Of a DNA stretch of 64,000 nt, positions 57,318 to 64,000 are shown in pieces. Source of the DNA: an uncultured Gammaproteobacteria bacterium (GTDB lineage: Bacteria; Patescibacteriota; Patescibacteriia; Magasanikbacterales; UBA922). The translations under genes were made by a program, and so were the position numbers. Every line of letters starts with the position of its first letter. The stretch's first letter is position 1. The notes beneath the pieces are model-generated. The model did no database searches and was not told the DNA's origin. It saw only the letters and a program-made list of their open reading frames with translations. Location of the stretch: assembly GCA_964519725.1 (NCBI GenBank), contig CAZFKS010000005.1, forward strand, positions 6,024-70,023, in the 5' to 3' direction.

Positions 57318-59144
57318 ATGTCTGTCCCTATTACCGAGATAAGCAAAACCATTCGCCACCACATTCTCACCATGACCACAGCGGCAGGTTCTGGACACCC
57401 AACCTCATCTTTGTCAGCCACTGACCTAATGTCGACTTTAATGTTTGGTGGTTTTTTTCGGTTTGATATTAAAAATCCAGCTCATCCAAATAATGATCGC
57501 TTAATTTTTTCCAAAGGCCATGCTTCTCCACTTTTCTACGCCCTCTGGGCAGTAGCTGGTGGATTTCCAAAGACAGAATTAAACACTTTGCGCCAATTTG
57601 GCAGTCGACTAGAAGGTCATCCAACTTTGAAATTTCCTTTTACAGAAGCCGCCACTGGTTCACTTGGTCAGGGCTTGTCGATAGGTGTGGGTATGGCGAT
57701 CAATGCCAAATATTTAGATAAATTGCCTTACAAAACATACGTACTACTTGGCGACAGTGAAATGGCCGAGGGTTCAAATTGGGAGGCCATGATGAGCGCA
57801 GCACATTATAAATTAAATAATTTAGTGACGATCATTGATGTTAACCGTTTGGGTCAGCGCGGTGAAACCATGTTTGGTAAAGACGCAAATAATTATAAAC
57901 AGAAAGCCGAAAGTTTTGGTTGGAAAGCTGTAGTGATTGATGGGCACAAGGTGAGTGAAATTCAGCGCGCGTTTAAACTAGCGCAAAAATCCAAACAGCC
58001 GTTCATGATTGTGGCCAAAACTCTGAAAGGTAAAGGCGTTAAATTTTTGGAAAATAAAGAAGGCTGGCATGGCAAAGCACTAGATGCAACTCAGTTGCAA
58101 GAAGCATTAACTGGTCTTGGGAAAGTTAATGAAAAATTGGTCATGAGTGTTAAAAAACCACTAAATAAAAAACCAGCTAAACTTAAAATTAGGCCGCTAG
58201 CGGAAATTGATAAACGCGCTGATTATGACCGCAAATTGGCCACCCGCGAAGCTTATGGTCATGCCCTAGTTGAAATGTTCCCACATTTTCCAAACATGGT
58301 CGTGCTTGATGCTGAAGTTAGTAATTCCAGTTTTGCGGAAACTTTCAAGAAAAAATATCCTAAACATTTTTTTGAAATGTTTATTGCTGAGCAAAATATG
58401 GTTGGTGTGGCACTTGGACTTTCTCGCCGCGGCAAAATTCCGTTTGTTTCAACGTTTGCGGCCTTTTTTACGCGAGCAGCTGACCAAATACGCATGGCCC
58501 GACACTCGGGTGCAAATATTAAATTTGTTGGTTCTCACTGCGGTGTTTCAATTGGTGAAGATGGTGGCTCACAAATGGGCCTAGAAGATTTAGCCTTATT
58601 TCGCGCGGTTCCAGACAGTGTTGTGCTCTACCCAGCGGATCATGTGGCTGAAGAAAAATTAAGTATTGCTGCAGCCGAACACCCAGGCATTGTCTATCTT
58701 CGCACGACCCGCGGCGCAGTCGAACCGATTTATGAACCAGACCAAAAATTCACTATTGGCGGTAGTACTGTCCTCCGTTCTAGTTGGCGTGATAAAGTGA
58801 CAATTGTGGCGGCTGGAATTACTTTAGTTGAAGCTTTAAAAGCGTACGAATTATTAAAAAAACAAGGAATTACGGCTCGCATAATTGATCTATACTCAAT
58901 CAAACCACTTGATGTCGCGACTCTAAAAAAAGCCGCCAAAGAAACCAATGCTTTAATCGTGGTCGAGGACCATTATCCAGCTGGCGGAATTGGTGAAGCT
59001 GTGGCCACCGCCCTTTCTGGCAGCAAAACCCCAGTCATTTCGCTTGCTGTCAAAAAATTACCCATGAGTGGTAAGCCCGCGGAATTACTGACTTACGAAG
59101 AAATTAATGCTGACGCAATTGTGACAGCCGTAAAAAGTTTATAA
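57318..59144 (+). CDS. tkt: transketolase (full-length, N- and C-terminal halves fused)
   Basis: TKTIRHHILTMTTAAGSGHPTSSLSATDLMSTLMF, GDSEMAEGSNWEAMM, and pyrimidine-binding plus C-terminal domains. Start at MSVPITE; the upstream in-frame extension lies in the GC-rich islet. Confidence 0.9.
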   Translation: MSVPITEISKTIRHHILTMTTAAGSGHPTSSLSATDLMSTLMFGGFFRFDIKNPAHPNNDRLIFSKGHASPLFYALWAVAGGFPKTELNTLRQFGSRLEGHPTLKFPFTEAATGSLGQGLSIGVGMAINAKYLDKLPYKTYVLLGDSEMAEGSNWEAMMSAAHYKLNNLVTIIDVNRLGQRGETMFGKDANNYKQKAESFGWKAVVIDGHKVSEIQRAFKLAQKSKQPFMIVAKTLKGKGVKFLENKEGWHGKALDATQLQEALTGLGKVNEKLVMSVKKPLNKKPAKLKIRPLAEIDKRADYDRKLATREAYGHALVEMFPHFPNMVVLDAEVSNSSFAETFKKKYPKHFFEMFIAEQNMVGVALGLSRRGKIPFVSTFAAFFTRAADQIRMARHSGANIKFVGSHCGVSIGEDGGSQMGLEDLALFRAVPDSVVLYPADHVAEEKLSIAAAEHPGIVYLRTTRGAVEPIYEPDQKFTIGGSTVLRSSWRDKVTIVAAGITLVEALKAYELLKKQGITARIIDLYSIKPLDVATLKKAAKETNALIVVEDHYPAGGIGEAVATALSGSKTPVISLAVKKLPMSGKPAELLTYEEINADAIVTAVKSL

Positions 59145-59145
59145 C

Positions 59146-59176
59146 AAAAAATCCCGATTCGTCGGGATTTTTTTGT
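59146..59176. terminator. bidirectional intrinsic terminator
   Basis: aaaaaatcccgat-tcg-tcgggattttttt between convergent tkt and efp. Confidence 0.6.
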
Positions 59177-59184
59177 TTCGCAAA

Positions 59185-59751
59185 TTATTCAAGTGCGCGT
59201 CCGCCGTAGTCACCAGTTTCAGTATTTACCAAAATTTCTTCGCCTTCTTTAATGAAAATCGGCACATTCACACTCAACCCATTTTCCATAATCGCCACTT
59301 TGGTCACATTCCCACCTGAACTGTCACCTTTTACCGCTGGTGGTGAGTCAATTACTTTGTACTGAATTTTCTTGGGTAATTCAATTGCGACCACAGCGTC
59401 TTCGTGCATGAGCGCAATTACATCTAAACCATCTTTCAAAAATTTAGCATCTTCGCCAACCGTATCAGCACTAACATCAGCAGTTTCGTAAGTGTTTTGG
59501 TTCATGAATGAATAGAAGTCACCATTTTTATACAAATACTGCATGTTTTGGCGGTTTACTTGCACCACGTCCACAGTTTCACCACTTTTGTAAGTGATTT
59601 CCATGCCTTTACTGTTGGTAATGCCGCGGAGTTTGGTTTTGGTAAACGCTGAGCCCTTACCTGGGTTTACAAATTGCGCATCACTGACAACGTATAAATT
59701 GTCTTGGTGGCGGATAACCGCGCCTTTGCGAATATCGGTAGTGTCTCCCAT
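59185..59751 (-). CDS. efp: elongation factor P
   Basis: 188 aa. The KOW-like N-domain carries the modifiable Lys in the NPGKGSAF loop. Confidence 0.95.
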   Translation of the reverse strand: MGDTTDIRKGAVIRHQDNLYVVSDAQFVNPGKGSAFTKTKLRGITNSKGMEITYKSGETVDVVQVNRQNMQYLYKNGDFYSFMNQNTYETADVSADTVGEDAKFLKDGLDVIALMHEDAVVAIELPKKIQYKVIDSPPAVKGDSSGGNVTKVAIMENGLSVNVPIFIKEGEEILVNTETGDYGGRALE

Positions 59752-59774
59752 ATCGATTTTAATTAGTTGAAAGA

Positions 59775-60776
59775 TTATTTTTTAGGTTCAGAAAACAATT
59801 CTGACGCGGGTAATACTAGCACATCATTGATATTTTGGCAACCGGTCAGGGCCATCACTAGCCGGTCAATTCCCAGCGCAATCCCCGTGGATTTAGGCAT
59901 ATTTCTGACCGCATCAATGAATTCCAGATCGATATCATAGACGTCTCGGTCGAGCTCGGCCCGTTGTTTTTGCTCGGTTTTTAATCGGTCCAATTGCTCC
60001 TCAGCATCAGTTAATTCAGAAAAACCATTGGCTAGTTCGATTCCATCGACGTATACCTCAACTCGCTCAGCATAGCCAGGATCAGTCTCAGATTGGCGCG
60101 ATAATGAGGCCATAGGCATTGGGTAATGATGCACTGCGACCACACCCAAATCTTTTAATTTTGGTTCAATTTCATTGAGGAAAATCCGATAAAATAAATC
60201 CTCGTAACCCTCGGTCTCAGCCGGATTGTATCCCCGCTCGCGGCAAAGTTTTAACATTGACTCTTTATCCAGATACTCATCCAAATTTACGCCAGCAAAT
60301 TTTTGCCACAGTTCGCGCATGTGAAAGCGCTGGAATTTCCAATCAATTGCGAGTTTAGTTTTCTCAGATACAAAATCTAATAGGGCTTCGACATCATCAA
60401 TCAAAGCATTAAAATCCTTTTTGGCCCGGTACCATTCAATCATGGTGAACTCTGGATTGTGCGTGCCCCCAAAACTTTCGTGGTCGCGAAAAACTTTCCC
60501 GAGTGAAAAAATCTTCTCATAACCCGCAGCCAGCATTTTTTTGAGCGCATATTCTGGTGAAGTGTGGAGATAAGCCGGGAAAGCCTCGCCCTTTTCATTA
60601 TGAACCGTGGTTTTCATGTGATCCAAATGCGGTTCCTGCCCGGGCAAACGCAAAATCAGCGGCGTCTCCACCTCGACAAAACCTTCCTGCCAAAACCACT
60701 CGCGCACGGCCCGAATAATCGCAAAGCGCGCATCAAGGTCAGTTTTATGGGTAATAATATGGTTAACCTGGTTCAT
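59775..60776 (-). CDS. epmA: EF-P (R)-beta-lysine ligase EpmA (truncated class II LysRS paralogue)
   Basis: 333 aa with class II aaRS catalytic-core motifs (FVEVETPLI, FRDHESFGGTHNPEFTMIEWY, GIALGIDRLVM) and no anticodon-binding domain. Adjacent to efp. Confidence 0.8.
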   Translation of the reverse strand: MNQVNHIITHKTDLDARFAIIRAVREWFWQEGFVEVETPLILRLPGQEPHLDHMKTTVHNEKGEAFPAYLHTSPEYALKKMLAAGYEKIFSLGKVFRDHESFGGTHNPEFTMIEWYRAKKDFNALIDDVEALLDFVSEKTKLAIDWKFQRFHMRELWQKFAGVNLDEYLDKESMLKLCRERGYNPAETEGYEDLFYRIFLNEIEPKLKDLGVVAVHHYPMPMASLSRQSETDPGYAERVEVYVDGIELANGFSELTDAEEQLDRLKTEQKQRAELDRDVYDIDLEFIDAVRNMPKSTGIALGIDRLVMALTGCQNINDVLVLPASELFSEPKK

Positions 60777-60857
60777 ATTGGCTTATCCTAGCCTAAATTC
60801 TGGAAAATTTCAAGGTTGACAAATTGCCCGGAATTTAATAGACTAGTCCCTATGTAC

Positions 60858-60929
60858 GCGGGTGTCGTATAGCGGCTATTATGTCAGTTTTCCAAACTGA
60901 TGATGCGGGTTCGATTCCCGCCACCCGCT
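60858..60929 (+). tRNA. tRNA-Gly (anticodon TCC)
   Basis: GCGGGTG acceptor, anticodon stem TCAGT/ACTGA with loop TTTCCAA, T-arm GCGGGTTCGATTCCCGC, 3' CACCCGC. Confidence 0.85.
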
Positions 60930-60934
60930 CAGGA

Positions 60935-60965
60935 AATAATCCCTATATCCGGGATTATTTTTTAT
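60935..60965. terminator. bidirectional intrinsic terminator
   Basis: aataatccc-tatatcc-gggattatt followed by T6. Confidence 0.55.
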
Positions 60966-60971
60966 TTAATA

Positions 60972-63623
60972 TTACGGCAGCTTACTTATAGCATTTATGG
61001 TAGCTGCCCCAAAAGTTCCAGTTCCCTTTTTAAGCCCAATTGGTTTTAAAATTTTGTCTGCATTTGCTTCTTGGAATTTTACCAAGGCCTTAGCTGTAGC
61101 TGGACCAAAAATTATCGTCTCATTACCTGGCGAACCTGGACCATTTTTGGAAACAACAAACCCTTGTGCATTTAAAAATTGTTGTAGTGCTTTTACATCA
61201 TCACCTTTACTACCCAGCTGCAACGTACGTTTAAAAGTTGAGACTGTTGGCGTAGCTGGTGTTGCCGGACCAGTACTATTTGAACCAGAACTACTATTTC
61301 CCCCGGCCCCGTAAGAAACTGTTTGCGTAAATACTTCTGATGCCTGACCCGTTGGTGAATAGTATTTTAAATAAATCGTGTATATGCCAGTTTTGTTAGG
61401 CAAAATAAAATTTGTATCAGTATTCGGGTTAACTGGGATAATGATTGCATTTTTAAATGATGCGTCGAGTGAAGCCGAATACCCACGCACAGCGCCTGGA
61501 TTAGCATTTAGATTTAATTTGATATTAGGCGTAGTAACTTTAACTGTACTTGCACCAGAAGTGGGCTTATTGTTTACATTAAAGCTGAACAGCGGTGCAC
61601 TAAAAAATGCACTCGGCGCAGCTGCTGCTGGGCTACCGCTATCACCTGAAACGACATAAACAGTGGCTACAGCTGTGGCCACATTCGAATAATTACTAAA
61701 ATCATCCCCAGCAAAAATACTATAATAATAAGTACCATTAGCCAAAGAAGTGTCTGAATAGCTTGTACTTACCGTACTGGTTACGGCGGTGCCGTCAGTA
61801 ACCGAAGTTGGGTAACCCGTCGTACTACGGCGAATAGTTGAAGATGAAAAGTCAGAGACTGGATTGGTCCAGCTTAATATAATTGTATCCCCACTAGCCG
61901 TTGCCCTAAAGCCACTCGGTGCAACTGGGGCAGTCGTATCAATAGTTACGCTTGAAGTCCCAGCATTAGAATAATTTTCATAATCATCACTGGCAAAAAT
62001 ACTGTAATAGTGAATTCCATCATCTAAACTCGTTTGTGTTAGACTTGTGAGACTAGTCGAGGTAACCGATACGCCCTCATAAATCGAGCTTGGGAAACTT
62101 TCAGTGCCGCGTTGCAATCTATACAAAACAGCAGTTGCTGGAGCGGTCCAAGAAAGATAGACCGTTGACCCACTAGCCACGGCGGTAAGGGTTGGGGCTG
62201 ATGGTGGAGTGACATCAACCGTCACGCTAGCCCTACCTGCACTAGAATAATTCCCTTCAGCGTCACGAGCAAAAATACTGTAATAGTAGGTCGCATCACT
62301 CATTTCATTTTGAGTAAGAGTATTAAAAATGGTAGAAGTAACAGTTGTGCCTTCGGTAATTGAGCCAGGATACCCTGTAGTACTACGTTGTAGTAAGTAT
62401 GAAACTGCGTCTGCAGGAGCACTCCAATGCAAACTGATCGTAGACCCACTTTTCGATGCTTCAAGGATGGGTGCCTCTGGCGGTACAGCCACAGTAACTG
62501 TTGTGGTCACACCGGCACTGAAATATCCATCCATCGTTTCATTAAACAGTGTGTAATAATAGACACCGTCAGACAAATTAGAATCAACAAATGAGGTGTC
62601 CATAGTGACCGTAGAAGTGACAGCAGTGCCCTCAGTAGCCGTGGCCGGGTAGGTAGTCGTACTGCGACGAATAGTTACTCCCCGATAGTCTGAGTCAGAC
62701 ACACCGGTTGTCCAACCCAGTGTCACATCATCGCTATCAACACTGGCGGACAGACCAGACACAGCATTAATTGGGGAATAGGTCTGTACTACACCACTAG
62801 TATCAATAGTAGTAATTCTTCCAGAACTCGTACTAAAATCAAAACCTGCCAAATTTGAAAAGCTTTTCGACCATAAAAGTGTACCATCTGATACTGCCCG
62901 TTTAGCTAAACTACTAGCACTTGCATAATAAATAGCCGCACCATTGTTTGAAACCGCAAAACCTTTGGCACTACCAGCACTTGGCCCACCAGTAGCAATG
63001 GTTGTATCATAAGTCGTTAAATTTGTGCGGGCAAATCGACCAGAGATAGCCAGATAAAAAAGTTGGCTTCCGCCGTAGGCCATTTTCGCAATTGTTGATG
63101 ACGCCGTCGCAGTGGTAGCACCACCTAAAGCAGTGTTGAACATAGAGACCGTTACTGATTTTCCAGTATAGACTGTCCCATCACTCCCTAAAGTTATACT
63201 TGGCGATCCGGTAGAAAGCGTACTACTAGCAAAAAATGTAGCCACACTTCCATCTATATCATATCTATACACCGAATTTGGCGTCCCTTGTCCTGCAATA
63301 TAAATTTTACCACCAGAAACAGCTAGATCAGAGGCAGCAAAGTTTGGTAAGGATACGTTATAAGTAATCGCAGAAAAAGAACTGCCATCTGCTGAAAAGA
63401 CACCTAAGGTGGTCACACTGCTGCCGAGCACATATGCTTTACCGTCAACCGGGTCTACCCGTATCTGTCTAATTGTGCCAACGACACCAGTTGAGGCACT
63501 AGCAGAAAAACTCTGATATAACGGAGCCACAGCTTTGACTGTTTTTGCGATTATAAAAAAAGCGCTTACTCCTAAAATAGCAGCCATTGTGAGCCAAGTT
63601 TTTTTCTTCCAGAACACATTCAT
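60972..63623 (-). CDS. secreted cell-surface protein: beta-propeller-like region, four Fn3-like repeats, C-terminal peptidoglycan-binding (PG_binding_1) domain
   Basis: Signal/anchor MNVFWKKKTWLTMAAILGVSAFFIIA. Four repeats of about 90 aa, each with ...LxWTxxxxxxxYRLQRGTxxYPxSIxEGTxVTST... The C-terminus (GSKGDDVKALQQFLNAQGFVVSKNGPGSPGNETIIFGPATAKALVKFQ) is a PG-binding repeat. Confidence 0.8.
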   Translation of the reverse strand: MNVFWKKKTWLTMAAILGVSAFFIIAKTVKAVAPLYQSFSASASTGVVGTIRQIRVDPVDGKAYVLGSSVTTLGVFSADGSSFSAITYNVSLPNFAASDLAVSGGKIYIAGQGTPNSVYRYDIDGSVATFFASSTLSTGSPSITLGSDGTVYTGKSVTVSMFNTALGGATTATASSTIAKMAYGGSQLFYLAISGRFARTNLTTYDTTIATGGPSAGSAKGFAVSNNGAAIYYASASSLAKRAVSDGTLLWSKSFSNLAGFDFSTSSGRITTIDTSGVVQTYSPINAVSGLSASVDSDDVTLGWTTGVSDSDYRGVTIRRSTTTYPATATEGTAVTSTVTMDTSFVDSNLSDGVYYYTLFNETMDGYFSAGVTTTVTVAVPPEAPILEASKSGSTISLHWSAPADAVSYLLQRSTTGYPGSITEGTTVTSTIFNTLTQNEMSDATYYYSIFARDAEGNYSSAGRASVTVDVTPPSAPTLTAVASGSTVYLSWTAPATAVLYRLQRGTESFPSSIYEGVSVTSTSLTSLTQTSLDDGIHYYSIFASDDYENYSNAGTSSVTIDTTAPVAPSGFRATASGDTIILSWTNPVSDFSSSTIRRSTTGYPTSVTDGTAVTSTVSTSYSDTSLANGTYYYSIFAGDDFSNYSNVATAVATVYVVSGDSGSPAAAAPSAFFSAPLFSFNVNNKPTSGASTVKVTTPNIKLNLNANPGAVRGYSASLDASFKNAIIIPVNPNTDTNFILPNKTGIYTIYLKYYSPTGQASEVFTQTVSYGAGGNSSSGSNSTGPATPATPTVSTFKRTLQLGSKGDDVKALQQFLNAQGFVVSKNGPGSPGNETIIFGPATAKALVKFQEANADKILKPIGLKKGTGTFGAATINAISKLP

Positions 63624-63629
63624 ATTTAA

Positions 63630-63638
63630 ATTATACCA
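63630..63638 (-). promoter_or_regulatory. extended -10 element (TGgTATAAT) about 6 nt upstream of the surface-protein ATG, possibly a leaderless transcript
   Basis: Minus strand reads ttgTGgTATAATttaaatATG. No SD is present. Confidence 0.3.
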
Positions 63639-63663
63639 CAATTTTTCTTTTTTTAGGTAAATA

Positions 63664-63689
63664 AAAAAGAAGCTTTTACGCTTCTTTTT
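63664..63689. terminator. intrinsic terminator after the DEAD-box helicase gene
   Basis: aaaaagaagc-ttttac-gcttcttttt. Confidence 0.55.
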
Positions 63690-63698
63690 CATATTTTT

Positions 63699-64000
63699 TT
63701 AATACCTTTTCTTAAATATTTTTGGTGACACGCGGTTAGAATATGGGCGCGGTGAGCGTGGTGCAGAAGAGCGAGAGTATGAACTTGAGGCGCGGGTGTC
63801 GCTACCACTTTCAACAGCCGAGCGAATATCCAGTGGAATTCCCTCCAAACGTACACCACGGAGAGTGCTAATAAATTTGGTGGCGCGATTTTTATCAACT
63901 TCCACAATGGTGTAATCATTCTCCAGCTTAATATCACCAATTTGAATGCCTTTGGTGCCTGGGTAAGAATTCACTAAACCAAACAAGCGTGGCACAGAGA
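63699..64000 (-). CDS. DEAD-box ATP-dependent RNA helicase, C-terminal part only (gene continues beyond window end)
   Basis: The C-terminal DbpA-like RNA-binding domain (DYTIVEVDKNRATKFISTLRGVRLEGIPLDIRSA) and an RS-rich tail are present. The upstream helicase core lies outside the window. Confidence 0.65.
   Translation of the reverse strand, partial: SVPRLFGLVNSYPGTKGIQIGDIKLENDYTIVEVDKNRATKFISTLRGVRLEGIPLDIRSAVESGSDTRASSSYSRSSAPRSPRPYSNRVSPKIFKKRY

Overview
Low-GC (about 40%), gene-dense bacterial chromosome segment in which most native genes lack Shine-Dalgarno motifs, as in a reduced-genome lineage (possibly CPR/Patescibacteria-like; taxon not provable from sequence alone). Core housekeeping genes present: rpoB and rpoC (rpoC runs off the 5' edge), ftsK, a RodZ-like HTH protein, recA, class II (B12-dependent) ribonucleotide reductase nrdJ with a candidate NrdR operator, ruvB, ahcY with a PfkB kinase, uppS, a PduO-type cobalamin adenosyltransferase, tkt, an ALS-like TPP enzyme with an aldehyde dehydrogenase, and efp-epmA. 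Also present: a cell-envelope glycan cluster (Wzx-like flippase, O-antigen-ligase-like protein, methyltransferase, DedA), a DsbA-VKOR pair, DNA repair glycosylases (AlkD-like, HhH-GPD), a Na+/H+ antiporter, a MerR/TipA regulator divergent from a DUF360 holin-like protein, and two large secreted surface proteins (SpoIID/LytB with Ig-like repeats; Fn3-repeat protein with a peptidoglycan-binding C-terminus). Three tRNAs: Ser(CGA), Leu(TAA), Gly(TCC). Most notable signals: (1) a compositionally distinct ~2 kb islet inserted immediately 3' of tRNA-Ser, encoding a small secreted Cys protein and a 473-aa coiled-coil protein with a C-terminal PD-(D/E)xK nuclease-like motif, a candidate novel defence module; (2) six short high-GC (~60%+) islets (6.6, 42.9, 45.5, 46.4, 53.2, 57.0 kb), each a compact expression unit with a canonical Shine-Dalgarno sequence that native genes lack, one directly abutting tRNA-Leu, suggesting horizontal acquisition from a high-GC donor; (3) a thrice-duplicated heterodimeric ABC-2 permease pair (A-B-A-B-A-B) translationally coupled to a single ATPase and an AI-2E transporter. 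No CRISPR arrays, rRNA or IS elements were recognised.
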